A stretch of DNA of 64,000 nucleotides, taken from the human T2T-CHM13v2.0 reference genome, Homo sapiens. The stretch is taken from NCBI RefSeq assembly GCF_009914755.1, contig NC_060948.1, one strand, 5' to 3'. Position numbers and translations under genes: made by a program. Positions 19,431 to 34,124 of this stretch are shown piece by piece; the stretch's first letter is position 1, and each line of letters opens with the position of its first letter. The notes under the pieces are model-generated. The model saw nothing but the letters and a program-made list of their open reading frames with translations, had not been told where the DNA came from and did no database searches.

Positions 19431-21522
19431 CCTTTTCTTCTCTTCCTGGTCCCTAGTTACAAAAGACCAAGGATGTTATTTTAATTATGTCAGAAATAGA
19501 AGTGTTAGGGCCCAGTGTCAGCTTTTCCAATATGTTCTAAGAACTAGAATATAGATCCAGTACTTACATTTCCTACCTTTTTCTTTCTCCTGACCTGAAG
19601 ACACAGATTGGTGGTTCATTCACAGGAATAAGCAGGGCTAGTCTAAAATGAAGACAAATCTCATAAATAATTGCTGAATCTAGAATCTACTAGTAGAGTC
19701 TACTAGTAGGTATATTTAACTTTGGAAACAAACTTTTTTGTTTAATTCTCATTTTTGTTAGAACGAAAGAAATAATAATGTTACTGGTTTGTTTGCAAAA
19801 TAAGCTTTAGTCTTATTATGCTTAATGTAATTAATTGCATAAAGTGCAGCAAGAAAACCATTTTCACATTTATCCCTAAATACCTATGAGTTGGGTAGAT
19901 TTCTCTTCTCCTGTGGTCCCAGGAAATCTTGGGGCCACTGAATCTGTTAGAAACTGACTTTTTTTTTTTTTTTTTTTTTTTTTAGCTCACTGCAGGTTAG
20001 GATCCCTGTACAAGGACTGTGTAGACAAAATATGAGGCCAGTTTTTCCGACCATCTATTATTGGCTATATAAGTCAAGCTTGATTCCTTAAAGAAAAGCA
20101 TGGTATTCCAGTCAAAGCCTTGGTAAAACAACCAGTTTCCCCAGCTGTGTTTTGTTGTAAAAAAAAAATTATTGCACTTATGCAAAATGACTATATTGCC
20201 ATATGAATACTCACAAATAGTTTCCAAATCCTGAAGAAATGAGGTAGAAAGAGAAAAAAATGTGTTCAAAATTTTTTTCAAGGGAGCAAACTTCACATAA
20301 TTGTTAAAAGCTGTAAATGGCTCAAAAGTTTTTTTGACTCTCTGAAAAAAAACCATCAGCAACATTTAGTTAACGCTTGTTCTTGATATTTCTGAACATT
20401 TCAGCTCTAATATAGGTATAGCTTAGTTATCCACTTTTAATTAAGCTAGTCCTTTCTTTTTTACCAGATTTTAGCCAAGTCAAATGGCCAATACTTTTGT
20501 ATTTTAAACTTTATAAAAAGTAATCTCGCAGGCAAAACCAATAAGCCTTTACTGAGGTTATGACTTAACCACAAGTATATAAGGTATTTTTGGAGGCAAT
20601 AAGCAGTTTTTTTAAGATTTAGAATTTACAAATGTAGCTCAAAAAAAAAAAAGAAAGTTCAAGATAGCAAGTAAAACACTGTTCATGGAGTGAATACAGT
20701 ATTTGTACTACCAGTTTACATATAGAGGAAAGCCATGAATCTTACTAGTAAGAATTTCTATCCTTTTGCCAGCTAGCCAGGCTTCTGGTTTCTCTTTCTC
20801 AGAGCTCTAGCAGCCCTGAAGTCTTGTGAATGGCAGCAAATAAAGAGGTTATGTACATACTGTTAGAACTTATCCCTCCTCAAGAGATTGCTCAGTTAGA
20901 TTTTTGCTAAGTATTGTCTGAATAAGTGTGTGCTATTTCTAGAGACTAGAGGTAGGACTGCCTAGGTTGAAGATACTGGTTAAAATTGTAGGTTGCTTCC
21001 CCAGGAGAACTAGGACAAATAGAAAGAAAGATGAACTCAGAGGTCCAGTAAATATTAAATAAGCCCCAATCTTAGAGAGTATATTTTTGCCCCTGAAACA
21101 AATGGGCTATTTAGACATTACCAGGGACTAGTAGAAGTATGATAATTGATCCCTTAAGTAACATAAAGGGATGTGAGTTCTTTCTTTTGGAAGGTGAGGA
21201 TCTCATTTGCTTTACCCAACAGGCTTAACCCTGTCCTCCTCATTCTACTCTCAGTTATCAGAGATTAAAGAGGCTAATCTGAAGACTTCCTACACTGAGG
21301 CACTGAGTTCCAGGCTGGCTTTTGTAATTTCCTCCCATGACATTTGTAAGTCCAGCAGTGTGACAAAGAAAAACTAGTTTTTATAAGGTTCAGGAAAACT
21401 AAATTTTCCTAGCTTTAGGTGATGCATTCAAGGGGAGTGTCTTGAGGTCCAGAGATGTGTTTACTCATCTTCAAAGACAGAATAGAGTAGACAAAAAAGA
21501 AAAGGAAAAATAAAAAAGAAGA

Positions 21523-23756
21523 CGCTTTCCTGCTGCTGATAAAGATATACCTGAGAGTGGGAAATTTACAAAAAAAATCACAACACATTTTTTTGTAAAT
21601 TTACAATTTACAAAAAAAAAAAAGGTTTAATTGCATTTACAGTTCTATGTGTCTGGGGAAGCCTCATAATAATGACAGAAGGCAAAGAGGGGCAAGTCAC
21701 ATCTTAAATGGATGGTAGCAGGCAAAAAATAACTTATTTAAGGAAACTCCCATTTTTTAAAAACCATCAGATCTTGTGAGACCCATTCACTATCATGAGA
21801 ATAGCATGGGAAGACCCACTCCAATTATTCAACTATCTCCCACCAGGTCCTTCCCACAACACATGGGAATTATGAGAGCTACAATACGAGATTTGGGTGG
21901 GAACACAGAGCCAATCAATATAATTCCACCACTGGCCCATCACAAATCTTATATCTTCACAATTCAAAACTAATTCTGGCTTCCCAAGAGTCCTCCAAGG
22001 TCTTAACTCATTTGAGCATTAACTCAAAAGTCCACAGTCCAAAGTCTCATTCAGTACAAGGCAAGTGCTTTCCACCTATGAGCTCTATGAGCTTGTAAAA
22101 TCAAAAGCAAGTGAGTCACTTCCTGAATGCAATAGGCATACAGGCATTAATAAACACAGCCATTCCAAATGGGATAAATTGGCCAGAATAAATGGTCTAC
22201 AGGCCCCGTGCTTGTCCAAAATCCAATGAGGAAGTCAAATCTTAAAGCTCCAAAATAATTCCCCTTTGACTCCATGTCTCACATCCGGGTCACACTGATG
22301 CAAGAGGTGGGTTCCCATGGTCTTAGAGAGCTTTGTGCCTGTGGCATTGTAGGGTACAGCCTCCTTCTCAGCAGCTTTGATGGGCTGGCATTGAGTGTAT
22401 ACAGCTTTTCCAGGTGCACAGTGCCAACTGTCAGTGGATCTACCATTCTAGGTTCTGGAGGATGGTGGCCATCTTCTTACAGCTCCACTAGGTGGTGCCC
22501 CAGTAGGGACTCTGTGTGGAGACTCCAACCCCAACATTTCCCTTTTGAACTGCCCTAGCAGATGTTCTTCATGAGGGCCCTGTCCCTGCAGCAAACATCC
22601 TCCTGGACATCCAGGCATTTCCATACATCCTCTGAGGATGGAGGCTTCCATACCCCAAACCTTGACTTCTGTTTACTCAGGCTCAGCGTCACATGAAAGG
22701 TGCCAAGGCTCAGAGCTTGCACCCTCTGAAGCCATGGTCTGAGCTCTACCCTGGCTCCTTTCTGCCATGACTTGAGTGGCTGAAATGCAGAACACCAAGT
22801 CCCTAGGCTGCACACAGCACAGGAACCCTGGATCGGGCCCATGAAATCATTTTTCACTCCTGGGCATTGAGGCCTGTGATGGGACGGGCTTCTGTGAAAA
22901 TCTCTGATGTGCCCTAGAGACATTCTTTCCACTGTCTTGCAGATTAATATTTGACTTATTGTTACTCATGGAAATTTTTGCATCTAGCTTGAATTTCTTC
23001 TCAGAAAATGGGACTGACTTTTCTATTGCATTGTCAGGTTACAAATTCTTCAAACTTTTATGCTGTTCTTACCTTATAAAACTGAATGCTTTTACTAGCA
23101 CCCAAGTCACATGCCACAAGCTTCACTACTTAGAAATTTCTTTTGCCAGGTACCCTAAATCTTCTTTCTCAAGTTCAAAATACCACAAATCTATATAGCA
23201 GGGGCAAAATGTTGCTAGTCTCTTTGCTCATACATAACAAGGATCACCTTCGCTCTGGTTCCCAACAAGTTTCTCATTTCCATCTCAGATCACCTCAGCT
23301 TGGACCTTACTGTCCCTATTGTTATCAGCATTTTGGGCAAAGCCATTCAACAAGTCTCTGGAAAGTCCCAAACTTTCCCATATTTTCCTGTCTTCTTCTG
23401 AGCCCTCCAAACTCTTGCAGTGTTTGCTTGTTACCCAGTTCCAAAACTGCTTTTACATTTTCAGATTTAATTGGACTTACAGTTCTCTGTGGCAGAGGAA
23501 GCCTCAAAATTATGCAAGGAGGAGCAAATTATGGCTGACTCAGATAGCAGGAGGCAAAAAGAGCTTGTACAGGGAAAGTCCTGTTTTTAAAAAAACCATC
23601 AGATCTCATGAGACCCATTAACTGTCATGAGAACAGCATTGAAAAGACCCACTCCCATGACTTAATCTTCTCCCACTGGGAACCTTTCACAGCGCATGGG
23701 AATTATGGGAGCTATAAGATGAGATCTGGGTGGGCACACAAAGTCGAACCATATTA
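21523..23756 (-). mobile_element. THE1 (MaLR) LTR-int-LTR element with small deletions
   Basis: ctgctgataaagatatacctgag...gagccaatcaatata LTR, THE1-int, partial second LTR from ~23464; TSD gaaga/gaagg. Confidence 0.9.
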
Positions 23757-25848
23757 GAAGGCATTTCTTTTTTTCACCATCATTCTGTACGAGACATTTC
23801 CCATTGTCCTGGGTTCAAGACTTAACCAATCTTTACCATGTACCCTTCTTGGTGGGTTCTAAATGAGTTTTTCCTATATACCCTTTGTCCTGGGTTCCAG
23901 ACTTAAGAAGTCTTTATGTTTGTTCCAATCTCATTGCAATTACCCATCTTGGGAACACAGGAGATACTTTAGTCAACAGAAGGGCCCTTGTCCATCCTTG
24001 AAGCTCTGGACATAACTGGCCTCATCTAACCATAATTACCTATTTGAGAACAGAGTAGATATTTGGGTGGACAGTGGAAATCTTGTTCATCTTTGGGATT
24101 CTGTCCTTAGCTGATCTTTACTGTGTACTCCCAAACCTTTCATCTGTATTTCAATGGGAGTGTGTTAGCCGGGGAACAGCCCCTATCTCTGTCTCATTGG
24201 TCACTTTCCTCTGCAGCCTTGGGAAAGCATATATTCTTCTCTTCAAGACCTTATAGTGATTCTCACTTAAGGTATTTCTGTAATAAAATGATAATCTCTT
24301 TTTCTTAGAAGTTTATTTTTCAGTTAACTGCCAGAAGGGCTGAAATTCCCATTTTTAGACTATGACTTAAAAGGACTTGATGTATGTTAAGAGGAACATG
24401 AACATAATTAGAAAAATGAAGTCTATAGTAGAAAGTGGAAGGAAATAAAAGATTCCTCATGGCTCATGGAAAGCCTTCATATGCTCAAAAAACCAGCAGC
24501 CCTTGGATTCAAGAGGGCTGGATATAAAGTAACTGCTAGAGGACTAGGGTATTGGGGTAAGAATTTCTCCTCCTTTCAAAGCAATGCTAGCTTAAAAAGC
24601 AAATTTGGTGGAGTCCTTAAAAAACCAGAGTAAAGACCTATGCAAGAGGACAAGCTACCTTTAAAAGCCATTGAAAAACTTATCCTTGAGGCATACAGGA
24701 ATGAAAAGAACATGATGAGTTATGAGAAGCTGGCAAAGCTGGAGTCCCAATCAGTGTCTGTCTTGGAAAAGAGCCAATTTTAGTAAAAAGCAATAGCAGG
24801 GGAAGGACTAAAAGTCACCCAAGCTAGCAGAACCAAATATAAACCTCGAGGGATATTCACAAGGAACCCCATGCCTTTACTGTCACACAAACACAGAGAG
24901 CTCCAAGTGTATGAAGGGAGTGTGTGTTTAAGAAGTTGCATCATGTGCAAAGTAAAAAAAAAAGAGACAGGCTTGCCCTCAAGGCAGAAGTTCTGACATC
25001 TGCACAAAGCCATTTCAGACCATATATAGAAAAAACAGATGGAGCAGGAGATATCATCCATGGGGGTTGGATGCCTCCAGCCAAAGAAAATAAGGTATGA
25101 AGATACCTTACCACTAGGAAGTTGTCTGATTAATGCTCACAAAGTAAGTTACTTGTGGCAGGAATCCAAGTTACCTGAGTTACTGTTGACATACTTAGAT
25201 TGGTCTGCAGGAACTTCAGTCCCGCCCTCTTCATAAGAAAGTATTTGGCTGAGGGGAATAAAACAGAAATATGTCAAGGCAAGTTTCAGAACAGGAGTGG
25301 AAGTTTATTTTAAAAGGCTTTAGAACAAAAAATTTAAAAAGCTTGGAAGATATTCAACCAGGCATGTGAACATTAAAAGATTAGCTTAGATCCTAGAGCT
25401 TTATAGGCTTTGTAGGCTTACCTCTTTCCCATGATTCTTCCCTTAGTGTGGGCTTCCCACATGTGCAGTCCCCCTCTTACCTGTGGAATTAAAGCACATG
25501 CAGTGTGTTTAGAAAGTTTTACAGTTCCTCAACTGTGGCTTTGTTTCCTTTTTCTGTTGGAGTGTACCTGGAAGGTCATATTTTGTCTTTTATTGTCCAT
25601 GCCCAGGAAGTTTCTTCCCTCTGACATCTGAATTCAATTAACACTTTAATGTTAACACCTGTTAATCATCGGAAATGGCATCTTCCTGGCACTGTAGATG
25701 GGCTGCAAAACTATCATTTTTAGAGAGGCAGTGTGATAATTGGCAAACCATTACTTGACATTCCTAGTTGGTGAGGGGTGGGAAGAGCCCTCTCCTGTCC
25801 CACTCTTGCCTATCTAATATATGTAACAATTTCCTTTCAAATGGAGGG

Positions 25849-26207
25849 CAATATGGTTTTGCTGTGTTTCCACCCAACTCTCATCTTGAAGTTTAGCACC
25901 CATAATCCTCACATATCACTGGAGAAACCCAGTGGGAGGTAATTGAATCATGGGGGTGAGTTATTTTTTTTCATGCTGTTCTCAACATAATACATCTCAT
26001 GAGATCTGATGATTTCAATAAGGCAGTTTCCTGCACATGCTGTCTTGCTTCCCATGTAAGATTTGCCTTTGCTCCTTCTTCATCTTCTACCATGATTGTG
26101 AAGCCTCTTCAGCCATATGGAACTGTGAGTCTATTAAACCTCTTTTTCTTTATAAATTACTGAATCTCAGGTTTTTATCCAGAGAAGTATGAGAATAAGC
26201 TAATACA
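25849..26207 (+). mobile_element. THE1/MST solo LTR (THE1D-like)
   Basis: atatggttttgctgtgtttccacccaa...gctaataca; TSD gaggg/aaggg. Confidence 0.9.
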
Positions 26208-27133
26208 AAGGGCATGCCATTTGCCTCCATTACCTAAGAGGAATTGGAGGAGGGTTGCTCAGGGATTAGCACAGATTAGGCAGCTTTTTAAACTCGGAAA
26301 ATAAAATTTAATTTAATTCTATTTAATGTCTCAGATTTGCTCTTGACTTTATCTTGTTAATGACTATGTCTGAATTGAAAGCCAGCCAGAGCAAAGAGCT
26401 CCTGCAGCTTAAGGTCATCAGGGTTGGGGACTCTCTCCCAGGGACCCCTTTGCTTTCAAGGCAGTTTTGTTTTTTCATGGCTGAGTTTTTGGCAGAGTGG
26501 ACAAATCGTGAGAGGCTTTTTCCCATTTATATCATTGGTGGCAGTTCGCCTTACAGTGTCCTGGCCTTCTGTACTGGTTACAGTTACAAGAAAAGTGTCC
26601 TTAGGACAAACTGGAAGGGTTTTAACCTTTTAAAGCAGCAAAAATCATCCTAGTTCTTGTTTTTGCATTTTTTTTTTTCTTCTTAGCACTGTCTTCTTAT
26701 TCTGCTGTCAGTTAAAAGACTAACAAGGCTAATATAAGAATTTATTTCATAGGGACCATCATGTATTGCACTAAAAAGTTAAATTATTTTTGGAGTCTGA
26801 GGGTTAAATTTATTCCAGTGTTTTAAAATGTAGCCCAGGCATGAAGCTAAAAAAATGGAGGGGCTTTGTCTCACAATAGGAACAGAAAGAATATCCACTG
26901 GAGACACAAATCACAATTTATCTTGGGCTTGCAGCCATTGAAAAGGGGTTTCATTTACAACTGTTGAGGGATTTTGAGATTCACTTTCCAAAGGGTCATC
27001 CACTTATTGGCAAAAAAAATTTCGGTGCTAGGGCTTCATGCTGGTACGAACACTTGGTGAGTGTCCCCAAATAAGTGCAGGTACCCATTACTGGGTGGAA
27101 AGCCCTTGTATGTGTTACACTGGGTGCTCAATC

Positions 27134-27829
27134 TGTAATAATAAGTAGTCATGCAAACATGACAGGCCAGGAGAGGACCCCCTCACAACTGGCAATGTTA
27201 AGTAACCGTTAGGTAATACTCAGGTGTTTTTAAACTGTCTCCCTAATGTAATAATTGGTCACAGCCAATTGCAGGGAAAGGCAGTCTCCCAATAAACAAA
27301 AACACATGAAACTGGTAATCAGCAGCTTATTAATACAATTTTAGGGTTTGGGTAAGTGGGCTTAAGCATGCACATGAAGAAGCAAAATGATAGAATTTAA
27401 CTACGTATATGACCTTCTAGGGACATTTGCCTGGTAACAAAAGAATACCTTAAGGGAGTGTGTATACGACTTGAATAAATATACTGATGGGGTCATCTTG
27501 CAAGTGCTGGCAGACCTCTGTACCTGTGGATAGCCCACCCCAAGTGAAGAGTAAGAGGGAAAGGAACACAACTCCAAAAGTATGCCAAAGTATATTAAAT
27601 CAAAGATCAAATTATGCACTTAATCTCTTAACTCACCCACTTGGGCCTCTTCCAACTGTACTGTCCTTCCTTTCTCTTCTGGTGTAAATTCTTAATAAAA
27701 TTTCACTTCTGCTTGAAAACTTGCCTTACTCTTTCATTCTTCAGTAAACCTCTCAGTCAAATTATTTTTTTTCTGAGGAGGAAAGAATTCAGGTTACTTC
27801 AGACCCATACTAATTAACTGCCTGTAACA
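27134..27829 (+). mobile_element. MER50 LTR (5' LTR of a + strand element)
   Basis: gggaaaggcagtctcccaataaacaaaaacacatgaaactggtaatcagcagctt...cctgtaaca; followed by a leader like the one beside 25146. Confidence 0.85.
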
Positions 27830-29170
27830 TATTTTGATGTTATGTTACTCAAATCCATTTTCTAGTGTTAAGAAAACTGCAGTCTTTTTTTCTTTGGTAG
27901 ATGTATTCAACCCCTGTATATGGTTTTCTTCTCTCTTTCTCTCTCCTGGTTAATAACATATCCCTAGAATAATTCCCAGTGCCTCTGCTTCCACTGGCTG
28001 ATCTCTCAGGTCAGCCTGATGAGTGACTCTTGGTGGGGATGGAAATGAACCACTAATGGCCCTCCTGGACAGGAGGCTCATGAGAGTGGGAGGGTTAAAC
28101 CCTAAAACTGTGCAATGTCTGTGGTTTACCCTGATTTTTCAACTAACCATGGCTTTTCCCCAATAACGCACACTGCTTTTTCTTCTGTTTTCTCTATATG
28201 TGTTCTGAAATGGCCTTGCACACACCCATACTATCAACCTTAAGAGACAAACCTACCTCTTTGCTTTCACATTGCATGCCATGTGAATTTTTAAGCACAT
28301 ACTGCCTGTTATTTTTGCACCCCTAGCTCTCACTTTATTAGTGTGGCAGCAAAGACATGGACTCCCTTGCAGATATCCCCTGAGATTTATACTTGTTCTT
28401 ACCCGATCAGCTTAGATGACTTCCAGCCCTTCCTCTGTCTGCTGGCACATGGTTAGGACAGACACTAGATGGAACTCTGGCTTTGCCAGAACCCGTATAA
28501 TACCATATGCTTTTTATTTCTGTTACACCACAGTAGTAAATTTTCTAGTGGCTTTAGAGGCAATTTGTCCACAGCATGTGGCCTCACTCTGGTTCTTTAT
28601 GGAATCCACCTACTTGCCTTTCTTGTTAGTACCCCTTTAAGTGGAGAAAAATTTCTCCCTTTGACATTTTGGAGTTTTTACCTCAAACCCAAGTCCTCTG
28701 AAGATTATTACTTTATGTCAAGAGAGCATATAAATCATTGCCCTTTGGGATCCAAGGGCTGCTGGTTTGGCAAGCGTATGAAGGCTTTCCCAAAGTATTC
28801 CTCCCACTTTCTCCATAGCCCCCATTTTTTTGTTCACTTCCATACCCTTCTCAATATGCATCAAGACCTTTAGGGTCATATTCAAAGAAAGCAAAGTCCA
28901 GCCCTGCAGTGGCAGTTAGCTTAAAAACAGGCTTCTTGACTACTTATATGACATGAGAAATCAAATCTGAAAAAAAATAGATAATCGTTTTGTTGCTAGA
29001 ATGCCCTGAGTGAGAATGAGTAAATGGTCATGGAGACAAGGGATTTTTCTAATGTCTCATGAGAATTTCCATATATAGTTAAGAATGGATAAATGTAATA
29101 AACTTAAGTAAAACTTTGGAGATAAGTATATAATAATAATGTTTAATAGTATGCTTATTAGAAATGTTTT

Positions 29171-31685
29171 TGTATTAGTCTATTTTCAAACTACTGATAA
29201 AGACATACTCAACTTTGCATAATTTATAAAGTAATAGGATTAATGAACTCATAGTTCCACAGAGGTGGTAAGGCCTCACGATCATGGTGGAAGGTGAAAG
29301 GTACGTCCTATATGATGGTAGGAACTCCCTTTCATAAAAAATCAGATCTCATGATACTTAATTTACTATCATGAGGACAGCAAGGGAAAGACCTGCCCCC
29401 ATGATTCAATTACCTTTCACTGGGTCCCTCCCATGACAATGTGGAAATTATAGGATCTATAATTCCAGATTTGGATGGGGATACAGACCATATCATTTTG
29501 CCCCAGGCCCCTCCCAAATCTCATGTCTTCACATTTTAAAACTAACCATGCCTTCCCAACAGTATCCACCGTCTTAACTCATTTCAGCATTAACTCAAGA
29601 GTCCAAATTTCAAAGTTTCGTCTGAGACAAGGTAAGTCACTTCCACTATGAGCCTGTAAAATCAAAAAAGCAACTTAATTACTTCCTAGATAGGATGGAG
29701 ATATAAGCATTGGGTAAATATACCTCTTCCAAATGAAAAAAAAAAAAAAGGCTAAAATAAAGACACTACAGAACCCACACAAGTCCAAAATCCAGCAGGG
29801 CAGCCAAATCTTTTTTTTTTTTTTTGAGATGGAGTCTCACTCTTTCGCCCAGGCCAGAGTGCAGTGGCGCAATCTCGGCTCACTGCAACTCCGCCCCCCA
29901 GGTTCACGCCATTCTCCTGTCTCAGCCTCCCAAGTAACTGGGACTACAGGCGGCCGCCACGACGCCTGGCTAATTTTTTGTATTTTTAATAGAAACGGGG
30001 TTTCACCGTGTTAACCAGGATGGTCTCAGTCTCCTGTCCTTGTGATCCGCCTGCCTCGGCCTCCCTAAGTGCTGGGATTACAGGCATGAGCCACTGCGCC
30101 CGGCCACAGCCAAATCTTAAAGCTCTCAACTAGTCTCCTTGGATTTCATGTCTCACAACCAGGACATGCTGATGCAAGAGGTGGGTTCCATGGTTATAGA
30201 CACCTTCAGCACTGTGGTTTTGCAGGATATAGCCTCTCTTTTAGCTTCTTTATGGGCTAGTATTGAGTGTCTGCAAGCTTTGTGGACCTACCATTCTCAG
30301 TTCTAGAGAACAATGAATTTCTTCTCAGAACTCCAGTAGGCAGTGCCTCAGTGAGGATGCTGTGCGGAGGCTTCAACGCCACATTTTCCTTTTATACTGC
30401 CCTAGCAGAAATTTCCCATTAGGGCCCTGCCCCTGTAGCAAACTCCTGCCTGGACTTCCACCTGTTTAGATAAATCTTCTGAAATGTAGATAGAGGTTTC
30501 TAAACCTCAATTTATGACTTCCATGAGCCCACAGGCTCAACACTACATGGAAGATGCCAACTCTTCTTGGAGCTTGCACTCTCTGAAACCATGGTCTCAA
30601 ACTGTACCTTGGCTCCTTGTAGCCATGGCTAGAGCAGCTGGAATGCAGAAAAAGAAGTCCCTAGGCTGCACACAGCAAAGGTCCCTGGACCTAGACCACA
30701 AAACCATTTTTATCTTCTAGGCCTCTGTGTCTGTTATGGGAAAAACTGTCATGAAGCTCTCTGACATTGCCTGAAGACATTTTTCCCATTGTGACTAACA
30801 GATTTTCTAATTTGTGACTAACACAGGGCTCCTTACTACTTATGCAAATTTCTGCTGCAGGCATGAATTTCTCCCCCAAAATGGCTTTTCTTTTTCCATT
30901 GCATTATCAGCCTGCAAATTTTCCACACGTTCATACTTTTGTTTCTCTTGAACTCTTTGCTGCTTAGAAATTTCTTCCACCCAATACCCGAAATCATCTC
31001 TCTCATGTTCAAAGTCTCACAGATGTCCAGGGAAGAGACAAAATGCCTTCAGTAGCAAAACTGACCTTTACTTCAGTTTCCAAAAAGCTTCTCATTTTTA
31101 TCTGAGACCATCTCAACCTGGCTTTACTGTTCATATCACTATCAGTATGTTGGTCAAAGCCATTCAACAAATCTCTAGGCAAAGTTCCAAACTTTTTCAT
31201 GTTTTTCTATTTTCTTCTGAGGCTTACAAACTGTTCCAGCCTCTGCTGGTTACTGGATTCTAAAGCTGCTTCCACATTTTCAGGTATCATTAGAGGCGCA
31301 ACCTACTACCTAATACCAATTTACTGTATTAGTCCATATTTATGCTGCTGATAAATACATACCCAAGACTGGGTGATTTATAAAGAGAAAGAGGTTTAAT
31401 TGACTCACAATTCCACACTGCTGGGGAGGCTTTATAATTATGGCAGTAGGTGAAAGGCACATCTTGTATGGTAGTAGGCAAAAAAGAAATCATGTGTGAG
31501 GAACCTCTTCTTTTTAAAACTAACAGAATCCAAAAGACTTATTCACTATCACTTATAACAGCAGCACAGAAAAGACCTGCCCACATGATTCTTCAACTAC
31601 CTCCCCCCATGTCTTTCCCCTGACAAGTGGGAATTAAGGGAGCTACAATTCAAAATTTGGGTGGGGACAGAGCCAGACTGTATCA
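29171..31685 (-). mobile_element. THE1 (MaLR) full LTR-int-LTR element
   Basis: LTRs 29171-29495 and 31325-31685 (tgtattagtc...tatca) flank THE1-int. Confidence 0.93.
29811..30105 (-). mobile_element. AluY, youngest-looking element in the window
   Basis: ggttcacgccattctcctg and ccgtgtt..ccaggatggtctc; many CpGs retained; TSD cagccaaatctt on both sides. Confidence 0.95.
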
Positions 31686-32271
31686 GCTTCCATATGCTTA
31701 GAATTTTGTAAAGCCAAATTAAATAATAAATATTTATTAGTTATGTGCATCAATTCTAAATATGATATAATAACTGACATTAATTACTAATTATAAGTTG
31801 AATCTTATGTAATATTGACATCTGATTTCAGATAAAAGATATCTAGATGTTAGTAAACATGTTCTTTTTCAATCTGAAAAACTGTTAATTAAAACTACAT
31901 GTTAAAAAATTATAAAATGTGTACTCCTAAATTCTTGTTATGTGAATGAGTAAAAATTGTTTGCTTCTTAGGTTTTTACTATAAATTATTGTTACTAGAA
32001 TTTAACATTTTTTCTAACATACAGTAACTAAAACTAGAAATAAGATAAATTATGCTATGCATGGCACATATAAAGAAAATAAGATGGACTTTTTAGTAAA
32101 AAAAATCTAATAAGAGATACAGGATGCAATATAAAAATAATTTTGCCTAATTTAGAGGTTGTTTATTAAATTGAAGAAATTTAACAAATGAGATAGATGA
32201 ATAGAATACATATATAAAATTGAAGAAAAATTAATTTGAAAATTGTAAGAAGTTGTAAAAGGTTTATAGAT

Positions 32272-32560
32272 CTCACCATGGTGGCTTAAATTTTTAATTC
32301 GAGTATTTTGGGGATCTGAATTGGAAAGATCATTTGAGCTCAGGAGTTCAAGGTCAGCCTGGGTGACATAGAAAACCCTGTTTTATTCAAAGCAATCAAA
32401 GTATTAGCTCTGCATGCTGGCATATGCCTTATGTCCCACCTACTGAGGAAACTGAGGGAGGAAAATTGCTTGGACCTGAGAGGTTGAGGCTTCAGTGACC
32501 CATGACCATGCCTCTACCCTCCAGTCTTAGTGACAGAGTGAGACCTGTCTGAACAAAACA
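32272..32560 (+). mobile_element. AluJ, highly diverged
   Basis: gatcatttgagctcaggagttcaaggtcagcctgggtgacatag...gaggttgaggcttcagtga. Confidence 0.85.
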
Positions 32561-32701
32561 AACTAATGAATAAATAAAAGTTTTATAAAAATTGTACCTG
32601 TGGAACTGATTGAGATTACACAACCTCTTTATTAAAATTAGCTTTGATTTAATAATGCAATAAAACAGAAAATTTAATATTCTTTTTTAAACAAGATTTT
32701 T

Positions 32702-33172
32702 GGCCAGGTTCAGTGGCTCACGCCTATAATCCCAGCACTTTGGGAGGCTGAGGTGGGCAGATCGTGAGGTCAGGAGTTTGAGACCAGCCTGGCCAACATG
32801 GTGAAACCCTGTCTCTACTAAAAATACAAAAATTCACTGGACAACATGGTGGGCACCTGTAATCCCAGCTACTTAGGAAGCTGAGGCAGGAGAATAGCTT
32901 GAACCTGGGACACAGAAGTTGTAGTGAGCCAGGATCATTCCATTGCACTCCAGTATGGGTGACAGAGCAAGATTCCAACTCAAAACAAAACAAAACAAAA
33001 CAAAAAATACAAAAATTAGCTGGACATGGTGGCACACATGTAATCTCAGCTACTCGAAAGCTAAGACAGGAAAATCACTTGAACCTGGGAGGCAGAGGTT
33101 CTAGTGAGCCACAATAGTGCCACTGCACTCTAGCCTGGGTGGCAGAACAAGACTCCATCTTAGAAAAAAAAA
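32702..33172 (+). mobile_element. Alu composite: left arm plus two right arms
   Basis: Full AluS, (caaaa)n tail, then aaaaatacaaaaattagc and a second right arm; aagattt flanks both ends. Confidence 0.92.
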
Positions 33173-33399
33173 AGATTTATATAAAGTATTCATAAGCAAT
33201 AATAAAGGACTTTGATTCATCTTTTGAGTGAAATGTGGAAAATAAAAATGACCAAATATCTTTGTTAATTGAATTTTTAATCATGACCATTTTAAATCTT
33301 GATCAATTTTTTGTGGGGTACATCTTTCTGAGCTTCTGAGCTTCACAGAGACAAACACATTTTACTGGGCAAATAGTTTATTCTAGTTTTACATATGGG

Positions 33400-33433
<34 letters not shown>

Positions 33434-34124
33434 CACTTTCATCCTGCGTACCTCTCTCTGTTTTCTAGATTGGCAAAATGCACAAATGGATTAATTTAAA
33501 AAATTGAAAATTTGCAGAAATTTTAAGCTTCCTGGCCTAAGGCTCTTTTATTGGTATTATACAACCTATGTTGTGTCTAATTTGGAAAATACTAGGTTTC
33601 CCCCTTTAGAATAATAATAGCAAGTTCTATGCACCTGGATAAAGTAGCCTACAAAGCAGCTCTCCTTAAAGGTAATTTTTTTTTTGCAAGACCTTATAAA
33701 GTGCCTTACTATAAATTTTAAATTGATTCAAGATTTTTTAAAAGCAATATTCCAGGAAAATAAACATAAAAAATAATAGCCTTTACCTGAAAATTCTGTT
33801 TATTGCAAATACCATCAAATAAAAAATCCTCTCTACTTCTGCTGGAGGAATCCAGATAAGCTGTTTGTGGCCAATCCTCATGCTGTTAAATTGAAGAGCC
33901 GTGTCTTTTAGGTTATTTCTCTAACTCTCTGTCTATACACAGCTCTGAAGTAACCCAACACTGGAATAGTTCTTTCAAAATTTTCCCTAGGCTTAACCAC
34001 CGACAATTTCAGATAGAAATTCTCCTCGAAGAAAACTTCCTAATTATCTCTCTGGTCATCAAGTTAGTTAGTTTCTTCCACATTATTGGGAGAATGCTTT
34101 TATTTTTAAGTGATGTAACTTTCC

